From the NCBI GenBank assembly GCA_002010215.1, contig MTMY01000033.1, positions 52,271 through 72,270 of the forward strand: a DNA stretch of 20,000 nucleotides, written 5' to 3'. The notes below the pieces were generated by a model. The model ran no database searches and was not told the DNA's origin. It saw nothing but the letters and a program-made list of their open reading frames with translations. Below, one piece after another: positions 1 through 9,968 of the stretch (position 1 is its first letter; every line of letters starts with the position of its first letter). Source of the stretch: Archaeoglobus sp. JdFR-37 (GTDB taxonomy: Archaea > Halobacteriota > Archaeoglobi > Archaeoglobales > Archaeoglobaceae). The translations under genes were made by a program, and so were the position numbers.

Positions 1-728
1 GTGATTATATCTGGCTGAACTCCGAAATGCTCTTTGGCAAACCACTTCCCAATTCTGCCGAACCCTGTTTGGATTTCGTCAAAAATGACCAAATAGTTGT
101 ACTCATCCCTCAGCCTCATGATCTCTTGGATAAACATCTGTTCTGCAGGATAAACTCCTGCCTCTCCTTGGACAGGCTCTACTATCACCGCTGCAGTCTC
201 ATTATCAACTGCTTTATTCAAATCATCCACGTTGTTATATTCTGCAAACTCTACAGGATGAATTAGTGGTTCAAAGGGTTTTCTGAATTTCTCCTTGTAA
301 GTGACAGAGAGGGCCCCCATTGTTCTGCCATGAAATGCATTGCTGAAAGCTACAAACTTCTTTCTGCCCGTTACTTTCCTTGCAATTTTTAATGCAGCTT
401 CAACAGCCTCAGTTCCACTGTTACAGAAGAAAAACCTGTCCATACCAGTGATTTTCCCCAGCATTTCAGCCAGCTCCACCTGTGGAGTTGTATAGTAGAG
501 GTTTGAAACTTGAATGAGTCTGGAAAGCTGCTCAGAGACCTTTTTGACAAAGTAAGGGTGGGAGTGGCCGAGCACAACGCATGCTATTCCTGCAACCAAA
601 TCAAGGTATTTTCTCCCCTCTACATCGTAGAGCCAGCATCCCTCGCCTCTTTCAAACACAACTTTCTGTCGCCTGAAGAATTGTATCAAAAATTCTGCCT
701 CCCTCTTGATGATATCGTCGGCATTCAT
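1..728 (-). CDS. argD: Acetylornithine aminotransferase (class III PLP aminotransferase); 3' end runs off the window
   Basis: Translated by hand from ATG at 728 (absent from the ORF track): MNADDIIKREAEFLIQFFRRQKVVFERGEGCWLYDVEGRKYLDLVAGIAC...FFCNSGTEAVEAALKIARK...AFHGRTMGALS...IVEPVQGEAG...IFDEIQTGFGRIG...PDIIT. The frame is open to the window edge. Confidence 0.9.
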   Translation of the reverse strand, partial: MNADDIIKREAEFLIQFFRRQKVVFERGEGCWLYDVEGRKYLDLVAGIACVVLGHSHPYFVKKVSEQLSRLIQVSNLYYTTPQVELAEMLGKITGMDRFFFCNSGTEAVEAALKIARKVTGRKKFVAFSNAFHGRTMGALSVTYKEKFRKPFEPLIHPVEFAEYNNVDDLNKAVDNETAAVIVEPVQGEAGVYPAEQMFIQEIMRLRDEYNYLVIFDEIQTGFGRIGKWFAKEHFGVQPDII

Positions 729-761
729 AACTACCCCTACCCGATGGAAACCCTACAACCT

Positions 762-1676
762 CTACTCATACTCGATGGTGGCGGGAGGTTTGGGAGTAAT
801 ATCGTAGACCACTCTTGCAACCTCTGGGATTTCTCCTGTTATCCTCAAAGCCATTTTTCTGAGCTTTTCATAGTCGATTTGAATGGGGTCTGCTGTCATG
901 CCATCCCTACTTTCTACAGCCCTGATGGCAATTATGTAACCATAAACTCTGATATCTCCCTTAACGCCTGTTGCTTTTCCAATCAAGGCAGCAAATGCCT
1001 GCCATTTTGGATAATCCTTGAGTTCGTCCTCCACTATTTTTGTGGCTCTTCTTACAACCTCTACTTTCTCAGGTGTTACCTCTCCGACAATCCTGACTGC
1101 CAGTCCAGGGCCAGGAAACGGCATTCTTTCTGAAATCTCGTCAGGTAAGCCTAAATACCTTGCAACTTCCCTCACCTCATCCTTGTAAAGTTCTCTCAGA
1201 GGTTCAATAACATCCTGGAAGGTATAGTGAAGCGGAAATCCGCCAACGTTGTGATGACTCTTTATCCCACCCTGGCTTTCGATGATGTCTGGATATATTG
1301 TTCCCTGTATCAGGTAATCTGCCTTGTGCTCTTCGGCAACCCTCTCGAATATCCTCACAAATAGCTCTCCAACAACCTTTCTCTTTTCTTCTGGGTCGAT
1401 AATACCTTCAAGTGCCTTGAAAAACTCATCCTTCGCATCAACAAAAACCAGATTCATTTTGCCAAATATCTCTCGAACTCTCTCTGGCTCGCCTTCTCTC
1501 ATAAGCCCCGTATCAACAAAAACCGGGATCAATCTCTCGCCTATTGCTTTGTAGGCCAGAACGGTACATACAGAGCTATCAACACCGCCCGATAGGGCAA
1601 TTATCGCTTTTCCTTCACCAACCTTTTCTTTTATCTCTTGAATCGCTTCCTCAACGAACTTTTCAACATTCACCAT
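762..1676 (-). CDS. guaAB: GMP synthase, ATP pyrophosphatase subunit B (archaeal split enzyme)
   Basis: SGGVDSS PP-loop, [26 protein letters not shown] and C-terminal KPPATIEYE. Start moved to MVNVEK (1676), preceded by GAAGGTGATC. Confidence 0.95.
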   Translation of the reverse strand: MVNVEKFVEEAIQEIKEKVGEGKAIIALSGGVDSSVCTVLAYKAIGERLIPVFVDTGLMREGEPERVREIFGKMNLVFVDAKDEFFKALEGIIDPEEKRKVVGELFVRIFERVAEEHKADYLIQGTIYPDIIESQGGIKSHHNVGGFPLHYTFQDVIEPLRELYKDEVREVARYLGLPDEISERMPFPGPGLAVRIVGEVTPEKVEVVRRATKIVEDELKDYPKWQAFAALIGKATGVKGDIRVYGYIIAIRAVESRDGMTADPIQIDYEKLRKMALRITGEIPEVARVVYDITPKPPATIEYE

Positions 1677-1686
1677 GATCACCTTC

Positions 1687-3354
1687 CTAGTTCTCTTCCT
1701 GATATTCCTCCCGACCTTTAATTTGATCTTTAACTTCACCTTCTCCGGCCTCTTTAGCCAGTGTTCCATATTCTTCAGCATAGGAAAGAGCTGCTTTAAC
1801 AAGCCCTACGAAGGGTGGAGATGGTGCATAGGGGCGTGATTTAAATTCAGGATGGAACTGAGTCGCAAAGAAAAACCTCCTGTTCGGAAGTTCAAGAATT
1901 TCCATTCTTCTTCCGCTATCAGAAAAACCTGAGAAAACTATCCCTTTTTCTTCGAATTCGGGGATATACTCTGGGTTCACTTCATAACGGTGCCTGTGCC
2001 TCTCAACAATCTTATCTTTTCCATACAGCTTCCAAGCTATGGTGTTGGGCTTTATGGTTACTTCAATGTCGCCCAACCTCATAGTTCCTCCTAATTTATC
2101 CAGATTCTTCTGTTCTGGAAGCAAATCTATGACTGGATGAGGTGTGTCTGCAAGCTCATTGCTGTTGGCCTCTTCAAGACCTAGCACATTTCTAGCAAAC
2201 TCTATCACCGCCAGCTGAAAACCGAAACAAATGCCCAGAAAAGGAATGTCGTTAACTCTTGCATATTCTATGGCCTTTATCTTACCCTCGCTCCCTCTCT
2301 TTCCGAAACCTCCGGGGACAAGAACTCCATCTGCCTCAATTTCAACCTCATCGAACCACTCGAATTCCTCACTATCTATCCACAATACATTAACCTTACA
2401 GCCTGCTGCAATTCCTCCATGCTTCAATGCCTCTCTTATGCTGATGTATGCGTCTCTCACATCAATATATTTCCCAACCACCGCAATAGTGATCTCTTTT
2501 TCAAGCTCTTTAAGCCGTTTCACCATATCAGTCCACTCTTTTCTCTCCTTCTTTCTGTCAAGCCTGAGCCGTTTTAGAAGAATCTCATCAAGCTTCTCCT
2601 CCTTGAACTTCAAAGGTACTTCATAAATATCTTCAGCGTCTTCAGCGCTGATGACTGCTTCAGGTGAGACATCACAGAACAGGGCGATCTTCTTTTTCGT
2701 GGATTCCTTCAACCTTTCTCTGCACCTTCCCACAATGACGTCTGGATGTAGACCTAAACTCCTCAATTCCTTCACGCTGTGCTGCGTCGGCTTTGTTTTC
2801 TGTTCACCACCGCTGTCTAGAGGCACGAGAGTTACATGCACGAGGATGAAGTCCTCTTCTTTTTCCTCGTTGTGCATCTGCCTTACCGCTTCTAGGAATG
2901 GCATGCTTTCAATGTCTCCTACTGTGCCCCCAATCTCAATTAAACAGATGTCCGCATCATTTTTCGATGCAGTCCTTCTTATCCAAGATTTAATCTCGTC
3001 TGTTATGTGGGGGATTATCTGGACCGTCTGACCGAGATATTCTCCTTTTCTCTCCTTTTCTATAACTCTGCTGTAAACCTTACCTGTGGTTATGTTGTGG
3101 TCTCCTGTTAGCTCTACGCCAATAAAACGTTCGTAATGTCCTAAATCAAGATCAACCTCAGTTCCATCCTTCAAAACATAAACTTCTCCGTGTTGGAATG
3201 GGTTCATGGTGCCGGCATCTATGTTAATATAGGGATCAATCTTGATAGGTGTCACCTTATATCCCATGTCTACCAGCAGCCTGCCTATGCTAGCCGCTGT
3301 AATCCCTTTGCCCAGCCCACTCATGACACCGCCTGTCACAACGATATACTTCAT
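1687..3354 (-). CDS. pyrG: CTP synthase
   Basis: [32 protein letters not shown]; glutamine amidotransferase motifs GICFGFQ, RHRYE, QFHPE. Confidence 0.98.
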   Translation of the reverse strand: MKYIVVTGGVMSGLGKGITAASIGRLLVDMGYKVTPIKIDPYINIDAGTMNPFQHGEVYVLKDGTEVDLDLGHYERFIGVELTGDHNITTGKVYSRVIEKERKGEYLGQTVQIIPHITDEIKSWIRRTASKNDADICLIEIGGTVGDIESMPFLEAVRQMHNEEKEEDFILVHVTLVPLDSGGEQKTKPTQHSVKELRSLGLHPDVIVGRCRERLKESTKKKIALFCDVSPEAVISAEDAEDIYEVPLKFKEEKLDEILLKRLRLDRKKERKEWTDMVKRLKELEKEITIAVVGKYIDVRDAYISIREALKHGGIAAGCKVNVLWIDSEEFEWFDEVEIEADGVLVPGGFGKRGSEGKIKAIEYARVNDIPFLGICFGFQLAVIEFARNVLGLEEANSNELADTPHPVIDLLPEQKNLDKLGGTMRLGDIEVTIKPNTIAWKLYGKDKIVERHRHRYEVNPEYIPEFEEKGIVFSGFSDSGRRMEILELPNRRFFFATQFHPEFKSRPYAPSPPFVGLVKAALSYAEEYGTLAKEAGEGEVKDQIKGREEYQEEN

Positions 3355-3386
3355 TGCTTCACCTCAGACATCTAGCTCTCAAGACA

Positions 3387-3566
3387 TCATCTCAATTCCG
3401 GCGGGAGCATGTTTGGAATACCCTCTTCGATGGGATAAATGATGTCGCACTTCTCACAGATCAGCTTTCCAGTTATGATTTCCTCTTCTGTCTCCTCATC
3501 TATCTCAAGCTCGAGATCTCCTTTACACAGTGGGCAGCAGAGTATTTCCATCAGCTTTTTCCTCAT
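3387..3566 (-). CDS. trm112: Trm112-family methyltransferase activator, 59 aa (below the ORF-track cutoff)
   Basis: Hand translation MRKKLMEILCCPLCKGDLELEIDEETEEEIITGKLICEKCDIIYPIEEGIPNMLPPELR, with CPxCK...LxCxxC...YPIxxGIPxML; GAGGTGA site upstream. Confidence 0.9.
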   Translation of the reverse strand: MRKKLMEILCCPLCKGDLELEIDEETEEEIITGKLICEKCDIIYPIEEGIPNMLPPELR

Positions 3567-3618
3567 ATACTCACCTCTTACCTCCTTATCCGGCTCACCA
3601 GCTCACCATTACATCCCA

Positions 3619-4629
3619 TTACAGCTTCTCATCTCTCAAGTCAATTATATGCTCCATTTCAGGGCCAGTGGATATAAGCGTTACAGGTGTTCTGGTGTCC
3701 TCCTCAACTTTCTCAATGAAGGACTTAGCTTTGGATGTCAGCTTCCCCCACTCCTTCACTCCAAAACATTCTTTGTCCAACTTATCTATTCCGGTAATAG
3801 CAATCTGCGTCGCCCCATTAATCATTGCGGAGTACCTTGCAAGCTCACCATCCCAATAGCCAACTCTCCTCCTTCTACCAGTGACCGTGCCATATTCCAC
3901 AATCCCTAGTCTTTCGGCTTCCTCTTCAGGCATCTCCGTTGGGAATGGGCCAGCACCAACTCTCGTTGGGAACGATTTGAAGACCACAACAACATCTTCA
4001 ACTCTTGTAGGCCCGATTCCAACATCAGCGGCCATGGTAGAGGCTGTTGTATCTTTGGAAGTTACATATGGATACGTTCCATAATAAAGACTTAGAGCGA
4101 ATCCCTGAGACCCTTCTACCAAAACGAACTCTCCCTTGTCCATAGCTTCGTTTATGGCAATGGGAACATCTTCAAGAAACGGTTGAAGGGTTTCCACATC
4201 TTTGGCAAGTTTTGCAACTCTCAGCACTCTATCTGCATTTGCTGGCCCACATCCACTTCCTGTTGTGCCAATTTTTTCCTTTAGGTAATCCTTCGAGTCT
4301 GCTTCGATGTGCTTTTGCTCAATAACAGCACACCTATAATCAATAAAAGTTCTGTCATGGGCCTTCAGAAGCTCAACCTCCTTTAGAAACACTTCAGGGT
4401 TAATCAAAACACCAGCCCCAATCATTAACTTAGCATCCCTGTACACAAAACCAGAGGGAATCATTCTAACTCCAAACTTCTTTCCTTCAAAATATACTGT
4501 ATGTCCTGCATTCGGACCCACGCCACCTCTTGCTATTATGCTTGGTTCATCGGTATGTGCGATGTGGGCGATTATTTTCCCTTTACCTTCATCACCCCAA
4601 AATCCTCCAACAACTATAGTTGCCGTCAT
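3619..4629 (-). CDS. purA: Adenylosuccinate synthetase (short archaeal form)
   Basis: [36 protein letters not shown]. Start moved to MTATIVVGG (4629); TTATATA box about 30 nt upstream. Confidence 0.97.
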   Translation of the reverse strand: MTATIVVGGFWGDEGKGKIIAHIAHTDEPSIIARGGVGPNAGHTVYFEGKKFGVRMIPSGFVYRDAKLMIGAGVLINPEVFLKEVELLKAHDRTFIDYRCAVIEQKHIEADSKDYLKEKIGTTGSGCGPANADRVLRVAKLAKDVETLQPFLEDVPIAINEAMDKGEFVLVEGSQGFALSLYYGTYPYVTSKDTTASTMAADVGIGPTRVEDVVVVFKSFPTRVGAGPFPTEMPEEEAERLGIVEYGTVTGRRRRVGYWDGELARYSAMINGATQIAITGIDKLDKECFGVKEWGKLTSKAKSFIEKVEEDTRTPVTLISTGPEMEHIIDLRDEKL

Positions 4630-4744
4630 AGCCAATCCCACTAAAGCTCGGGAAGGGTGTATATAAGGTTGATGAATATCCAATATGGTGAGGGTGAAAC
4701 ACCCTATCGGCACTTTTTTATTCAAAGCAATGTTCAATTTCGTC

Positions 4745-5467
4745 ATGCTCTTTGTAATTCTCTTAAGCTCCATCCTTGTAAGCTTGCCTTCACTTGCTGG
4801 AGTAGTAACCCTTTCTATGAGGGAAGATCTCTTCAGAAAAATAATCTTCATGCTTGTAAGCCTTTCTGCAGGAGTTCTCATGGGTGCATCGCTTCTCCAC
4901 CTGATACCTGAGGCTATAGAGGAGATAGAAGTAAGAACAGTAATGCTGATTACATTACTGGGTTTTTCCTCCTTTTTCCTCCTTGAGAGGGTGATGAGGT
5001 GGCGGCACTGCCATGAAGATGAATGCGATGTTCATCCGGTAACGTACCTCGCACTGATAGGCGATAGCCTCCACAACTTTATTGATGGAGTCATCATTGC
5101 GGGAAGCTACCTCATAGACTTTAACGTGGGATTGATAACTACAACAGCAGTACTGCTGCATGAGGTTCCTCAAGAGCTAGGAGATTTTGCAGTTCTCGTA
5201 CACGGCGGTTTTACAAAGAATAAGGCCATTATGTTTAATTTTGTAACAGCATTGACTTCTGTCTTGGGAGCGGTTCTTGGGTATTTCCTCCTCTTTTCTG
5301 AAAATTTTGTTGTCTTCATCCTGCCTTTTGCTGCAGGAAACTTTCTGTATATAGCAAGCTCAGACCTGATTCCTGAGCTACATAAAGAGACCGAGATCAG
5401 GAGATCAGCTACAAGCTTTACGATATTCCTCCTTGGATTGGGAATTATGGTCCTGTTCTCCATCTGA
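4745..5467 (+). CDS. ZIP-family metal (zinc) transporter
   Basis: Multiple hydrophobic segments, His/Cys loop [16 protein letters not shown] and HEVPQELGD motifs. Start is uncertain (4730 or 4745); 4745 chosen from a TATA-like TTTTTATT near 4715. Confidence 0.9.
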   Translation: MLFVILLSSILVSLPSLAGVVTLSMREDLFRKIIFMLVSLSAGVLMGASLLHLIPEAIEEIEVRTVMLITLLGFSSFFLLERVMRWRHCHEDECDVHPVTYLALIGDSLHNFIDGVIIAGSYLIDFNVGLITTTAVLLHEVPQELGDFAVLVHGGFTKNKAIMFNFVTALTSVLGAVLGYFLLFSENFVVFILPFAAGNFLYIASSDLIPELHKETEIRRSATSFTIFLLGLGIMVLFSI

Positions 5468-5550
5468 TGCAAATTGAAATTATTTTACATTACAAAAACT
5501 CAACGTTAAGCTTCCTAAAAATTATAAATCCCATTTGACAACTGGACATC

Positions 5551-6048
5551 ATGAAACTTACCGGTAAAGCATGGAAATTCGGTGACGACATTTCCACCGA
5601 CCATATTACTCCAGGAAGGTACTACCATTTAAGAAGCAAAATGGAAGAGCTTGCAAAACACGTAATGGAGGATGCTGATCCTGAATTTCCCAAGAAAATG
5701 AAACCCGGAGATTTTATTGTTGCTGGAAAAAATTTCGGTATGGGGAGCAGCAGAGAACATGCTCCTCTGGCTCTGAAAATAGCTGGTGTTTCAGCGATTA
5801 TAGCAAAATCTTTTGCCAGAATTTTCTACAGAAATGCCATCAATATTGGCCTTCCGGTCCTCATTGCTGATACTGATGCTATTGAGGAAGGGGATGAACT
5901 TGAAGTTGACCTCTCCACAGGTGTTATAAAGAACCTGACAAAGGGAAGTGAGATAAAGGCAAAGCCAATGCCGAAAGTAATGATAAGAATCCTTCAGGAA
6001 GGTGGACTGGTAAATTTCGTCAAAAAACACGGTGATCTGGCAGTATGA
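5551..6048 (+). CDS. leuD: 3-isopropylmalate/homoaconitate dehydratase small subunit (LeuD/HacB/DmdB family)
   Basis: [39 protein letters not shown]. The paralogue specificity cannot be determined from sequence alone. Confidence 0.85.
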   Translation: MKLTGKAWKFGDDISTDHITPGRYYHLRSKMEELAKHVMEDADPEFPKKMKPGDFIVAGKNFGMGSSREHAPLALKIAGVSAIIAKSFARIFYRNAINIGLPVLIADTDAIEEGDELEVDLSTGVIKNLTKGSEIKAKPMPKVMIRILQEGGLVNFVKKHGDLAV

Positions 6049-6134
6049 GATGCCCGAATTGTGGTAACGGATCGTATTTCAGCAGTTCTGGCGGTAAAGT
6101 AAGATGCGACGTTTGTGGAGAAGAGATAGGATAG
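6045..6134 (+). CDS. Putative CPxCG zinc-finger microprotein, 29 aa
   Basis: [33 protein letters not shown] overlap with the leuD stop, GGTGAT at 6031-6036, and two CxxCG knuckles. Confidence 0.65.
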   Translation: MRCPNCGNGSYFSSSGGKVRCDVCGEEIG

Positions 6135-6139
6135 ACAGG

Positions 6140-6520
6140 GTGGATGAGACTGCCCCCAAGAAGGCTATTAGAAGGGGGTTGTTGATGGCCATGATAGAAG
6201 CCTCCAAGAGCAGTCACCCTTACGAGTTTGTAGCACTTTTGACAGGTAAAAAAGGCGTGATAGAAGAATTCATAATGCTACCCTATGAGAGTGGCGAGAC
6301 AATGGCCATTATTCAAACTCATGCTCTTCCTATTGGAGTCAAGATAATGGGAACCGTTCACAGCCATCCCTCACCGAACCCAACACCATCCGATGAGGAC
6401 TTAAACATGTTCTCCTCTTATGGTGGTGTACATATAATCATTCATTACCCCTATTGCCAGAATTGCTGGAAAGCATACAATGTAAGGGGTGAAGAGACGG
6501 AACTGGAGGTGATAGATTGA
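6140..6520 (+). CDS. JAMM/MPN+ metalloprotease (AfJAMM-like)
   Basis: HPYEF glutamate plus HSHPSPNPTPSDED (HxHx7Sx2D). Start is uncertain; GTG 6140 preferred over ATG 6104 because the latter overlaps the microprotein. Confidence 0.88.
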   Translation: MDETAPKKAIRRGLLMAMIEASKSSHPYEFVALLTGKKGVIEEFIMLPYESGETMAIIQTHALPIGVKIMGTVHSHPSPNPTPSDEDLNMFSSYGGVHIIIHYPYCQNCWKAYNVRGEETELEVID

Positions 6521-6969
6521 AAAGGGTGGTGGCAACCGGTACTTTTGACATCATACATCCCGGTCACATTACCTTTCTTGAGGAGGCAAAAAAACTGGGA
6601 GATGAGCTAATCGTAATTGTAGCCAGAGAAAAGAATGTTAAACACAAGCCCAAGCCCGTTATTCCAGAGGAACAGAGGAGAAAAGTTGTTGAAGCCCTTA
6701 AACCCGTAGATAAGGCAATTCTGGGAGATAGAGACGATATTTTTAAACCAATAATGGAGCTAAAGCCAGATGTTATAGTTCTCGGGTACGATCAGCACTT
6801 TAACGAATCTTGGCTTGAGAATGAACTAATGAAAAGGGGTCTTAACTGCAGAGTTGTAAGGATAGAAAAAAGGGTTGAGTGCGAACTCTGCAGCTCTGCT
6901 AAGATTATTGAAAGAATTCTTGGCTTGAAATTGCAGCAAGAACAGCAAGAACAGAAACAGCAGCCTTGA
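6517..6969 (+). CDS. ribL: Archaeal FAD synthase (cytidylyltransferase family)
   Basis: ATGTFDIIHPGH, LGYDQ, C-terminal CELCSS; TTG start with GGAGGTGA site. Confidence 0.85.
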   Translation: MKRVVATGTFDIIHPGHITFLEEAKKLGDELIVIVAREKNVKHKPKPVIPEEQRRKVVEALKPVDKAILGDRDDIFKPIMELKPDVIVLGYDQHFNESWLENELMKRGLNCRVVRIEKRVECELCSSAKIIERILGLKLQQEQQEQKQQP

Positions 6970-7147
6970 GATTTATCATAAAATCATCTATGGCAGATAT
7001 AACCGACTCTACTCTCGATTCTACTTCTATAACCACCCCGTCTTCAAACCTGCTTTTTGCCCATGGCTGGTCATCAGGATTCAGGGAAGCTGCTAGAATC
7101 TCAGAATTCTCATGGCATATGTCTATACGGACGCGAACTCGTAGCAA
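6905..7147 (-). CDS. pcc1: KEOPS complex Pcc1-like subunit
   Basis: About 80 aa with ILAASLNPD and SAIDDFMINLKAA patterns; lies directly after a RecJ-like DHH gene, a common archaeal arrangement. Confidence 0.7.
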   Translation of the reverse strand: MLRVRVRIDICHENSEILAASLNPDDQPWAKSRFEDGVVIEVESRVESVISAIDDFMINLKAAVSVLAVLAAISSQEFFQ

Positions 7148-8427
7148 AGTCTGTCAACCTCCTTTATAAACTCTTCAACCCTCTCGGGAGGTACTGTAGC
7201 TCCTGCAGCAACGCTATGGCCACCACCAGTCCCTCCAACTTTTTCTGCAGCCATTCTCATAACTGCTGCCAGATCAATCTTTTCAGCAATTCTGGCATTG
7301 GATCTGGCTGAAACCTTGGCGATACTGTTCTTGATGTTTACTACAATCAGTGGCCTATCACTGAAGAGGCATCTTGAGAGAGCTGAAGCTATCGGACCGG
7401 TTGTTGGAGCTCTTTCCATAATGAGATATCTTATGCATTCTCCTTCCTGTACTTCTGCCCTTCTCTTTCTGATCTCCTCTACAACTTCACTCTGGAACCT
7501 CATCCAAATTTCGTAGGCTCTATGGAGGTAACTCTCATCCCTCATGCATAATGCAAATCCTACAGAATGCTCAGATACTCTCCCACATGCATTTACAATT
7601 TCAGAGAGCATAAATGCGTTATTTACAAGTTCGTGTCTGAGCCAGTATTTCCTACCAATGAACTGTTCAAAGACGCCTTCATAGGCGTTATTCCCTAGCA
7701 ACCTGATTGCTATGGCGTTTGCAAGCTTCTCTTCCGATTCCTCATCCAGTTCATCAAGTTCTATGTCACCTGAAAGGCTGATATCCTCGAGAAATTCATC
7801 AACTTCAGCTGGCTCATTAAAACCTAGATACGGCTCAGTGGAAAGCCAGAGAACATCCTTGAGTTTGCCTGAGATCATGTTGAGTCCTTTTCTTTCTTCT
7901 ATAAATCCTCTTTCTAAACCTTCTTTGACGATTTGAGCGTTTCCAGCAGTTATTTGCTGCTTATCACCTATGATTCCAAGAAGCGCAATCGTCGAAAGGT
8001 CGTGATTTTCTCCGAGTTCGCTCGCCACAAAATATGCTGTCCCACTTCCAGAAAGTTCAAAACTACCGTCAAGCCCGGCAAGATGTGGGTTTACGTGAAC
8101 AAATGTTCTGGTAGGTGTTGCCTTACCATATGGGAAGTGATGGTCTATTACTATGATGTCAGCGTTTATGGATGAGATCACCTCTGGATACCCGCTGCCC
8201 ATGTCCTGAAAGATTACTAACTCATCGCTGCTGTACTCCAGTTCATCGCTAGCAGGATTGCGTACGTATGAAATATGAAAAGGCTTCCCTGCTCTGAGTA
8301 AAGATGTAGCAAGAACGGCGGAAGCAGATATACCATCTACATCATAGTGGGCGAAGATTCTTATGAAATCATGCCTCATTATCAGCTCTGCTGCTTTTCT
8401 CGCTTCAGCTCTCAGTAAATCAAACAT
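7123..8427 (-). CDS. RecJ-like DHH/DHHA1 phosphoesterase
   Basis: HYDVDG, DMGSG, IDHH, IIGD, C-terminal VSARS and GGGHSVAAG. Confidence 0.92.
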   Translation of the reverse strand: MFDLLRAEARKAAELIMRHDFIRIFAHYDVDGISASAVLATSLLRAGKPFHISYVRNPASDELEYSSDELVIFQDMGSGYPEVISSINADIIVIDHHFPYGKATPTRTFVHVNPHLAGLDGSFELSGSGTAYFVASELGENHDLSTIALLGIIGDKQQITAGNAQIVKEGLERGFIEERKGLNMISGKLKDVLWLSTEPYLGFNEPAEVDEFLEDISLSGDIELDELDEESEEKLANAIAIRLLGNNAYEGVFEQFIGRKYWLRHELVNNAFMLSEIVNACGRVSEHSVGFALCMRDESYLHRAYEIWMRFQSEVVEEIRKRRAEVQEGECIRYLIMERAPTTGPIASALSRCLFSDRPLIVVNIKNSIAKVSARSNARIAEKIDLAAVMRMAAEKVGGTGGGHSVAAGATVPPERVEEFIKEVDRLCYEFASV

Positions 8428-8474
8428 GAAATCACCTTAAAATTGGGGGTGGAGTGAGGTGTTGGTTGTGCATA

Positions 8475-8549
8475 TAGCGGGGCGTGGATTTGAACCACGG
8501 ATCTGCGGGTTATGAGCCCGCCGGGATTACCTAGCTACCCCACCCCGCT
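8475..8549 (-). tRNA. Initiator tRNA-Met (CAT), intronless, CCA not encoded
   Basis: AGCGGGG...GCGGG-CTCATAA-CCCGC...GGTTCAAATCC...CCCCGCTA. The A1-U72 pair and three G-C pairs next to the anticodon loop are initiator hallmarks. Confidence 0.96.
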
Positions 8550-8573
8550 TCATGATGTAGAGGCGGCATGCTG

Positions 8574-8586
8574 TATTTAAATTTTT
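8574..8586 (-). promoter_or_regulatory. BRE/TATA promoter of the initiator tRNA
   Basis: AAAAATTTAAATA on the minus strand, about 25 nt upstream of the tRNA 5' end. Confidence 0.7.
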
Positions 8587-8750
8587 AGCTCATATTGTTC
8601 AGCCATGTTTTCTGGATTTTGTTGCCCATCAGTAAAACCCTTTTATAGAGATAAGTAGCCCACATACCTTTACCTACCTCATAAAGGATTTGTATCAAAT
8701 TGAGGAAAGTGTTAAATCTGGCAGCTTAGCTTCAGACCACTAAGAACACA

Positions 8751-9314
8751 TTAAGAACCAACAATCTTTTTTATGGCACCCTCTATATCTTCGGGCTTCT
8801 CCAGAATATAAATCCCATCCATTGCCTTGAGTTTTTCTACGTGTTCAACATCCTCCTTCCTTATCCTTAGCCTTAGCTTCCTGCCATCTGGTAGCTCTGT
8901 AGTAACTTCACCCTCCTCATAATCTGAAGGCATGATATATACTGGTACAAAAGCCTTGAGGGCCATGAGGGCTGCATTGGATAACAATGTGTCTGCTATA
9001 CCGCTGGCAATTTTTGCTACAGTGTTTGAAGTAGCAGGAGCAATAACCAGCATGGCGTACTTACCAATTTGAACCTCACCGGCAAGAAAAGGAGAATTAG
9101 CATTCACCTCAACTGCAAATCTGTCAAAAGAACTCTTAACATCATCGTAAACTTTATACCACTTGAGAACTTGTTCTCCAGCCTTTGATGCAAAAATCCT
9201 GATCTCAACCAGATACAACTTTTTCACTTTCTTCATTACGTCGATTGTCTCTCTGAGCCTATCCCCTGCCCCTGTTATTCCCCAAGCTATCCTCACTTTT
9301 CCTATATTTTCCAT
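8751..9314 (-). CDS. afpA: Archaeoflavoprotein AfpA family (HFCD fold)
   Basis: IAWGITGAG, IAPATSNTVAKIASGIADTLLSN, PVYIMPSD; adjacent to an iron-sulfur flavoprotein gene. Confidence 0.85.
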   Translation of the reverse strand: MENIGKVRIAWGITGAGDRLRETIDVMKKVKKLYLVEIRIFASKAGEQVLKWYKVYDDVKSSFDRFAVEVNANSPFLAGEVQIGKYAMLVIAPATSNTVAKIASGIADTLLSNAALMALKAFVPVYIMPSDYEEGEVTTELPDGRKLRLRIRKEDVEHVEKLKAMDGIYILEKPEDIEGAIKKIVGS

Positions 9315-9888
9315 ACATTCTCAAATATTCCGCAAACTTCTTAAGAGTTTTCCTGAGGCTTCTAAACCCCTCCTCATCGTCCATTACTCCTTCAAGAGTA
9401 TCTCTGCTCCATAGCGTTGCACCCAGATTGGCTCCAAAGAATCCACCACTCACAGGTATTACCCCGTTGAGAATGAAAAATGCATGGATCTGGAGAAGAG
9501 CAATCTCCTGTCCACCCATCCTGTCCCCTCCTACTGCAATACCCATTCCTACCTTACCTCGTAATGCGTTGGGATTTTTAGCCATGAGTGCACGGGTTCT
9601 GTCCATCACCGTTTTGAGTTGGGCAGAAACTCCGCTGTTGTAAACCGGAGTTGCGAATATCAACCCTTCTGCATCTTCAAGAACGTCATATATTTCCCCC
9701 ATTCCGTCTTGGAATATACACTCTTTCGCTTTTAAACAGTGATCGCAATGAATGCAGAAATTTATTTTCCGACCCCTAACGGTAATAAGCTTAGTTTCGA
9801 AACCCTCGTCTTCAAGGTATTTAAGTGCCTGAGAGAGCACATATTCTGTTGTTTTCTTTCTGGGGCTGCCTGAAATCCCAAGAATCAT
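9259..9888 (-). CDS. Iron-sulfur flavoprotein (Isf, flavodoxin-like)
   Basis: GISGSPRK, CIHCDHCx5C cluster motif, ATPVY, GGQE. Confidence 0.9.
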   Translation of the reverse strand: MILGISGSPRKKTTEYVLSQALKYLEDEGFETKLITVRGRKINFCIHCDHCLKAKECIFQDGMGEIYDVLEDAEGLIFATPVYNSGVSAQLKTVMDRTRALMAKNPNALRGKVGMGIAVGGDRMGGQEIALLQIHAFFILNGVIPVSGGFFGANLGATLWSRDTLEGVMDDEEGFRSLRKTLKKFAEYLRMYGKYRKSEDSLGNNRGRG

Positions 9889-9968
9889 ATTTATAATGCT
9901 TGATTTACTAATTTAAATTTTGGGATAAATGTCGAAATTAAAATATACTTCCCCGTTAAATTAACATT

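Noticed and set aside
27..1133. Plus-strand ORFs 27-266 and 510-1133, and minus-strand ORF 389-577
   Set aside because: They are shadows of argD and guaAB. argD reads without a frameshift and is simply cut by the window edge.
3364..3392. ATGATGT...CTGA on the minus strand, resembling a C/D box sRNA
   Set aside because: The C box is imperfect, there is no C'/D' pair, it is too short, and the motifs coincide with the trm112 stop and the pyrG SD.
1677..4881. Long N-terminal extensions of guaAB (to 1802) and purA (to 4881) in the ORF track
   Set aside because: They overlap neighbouring genes; family N-termini and SD/TATA positions support starts at 1676 and 4629.
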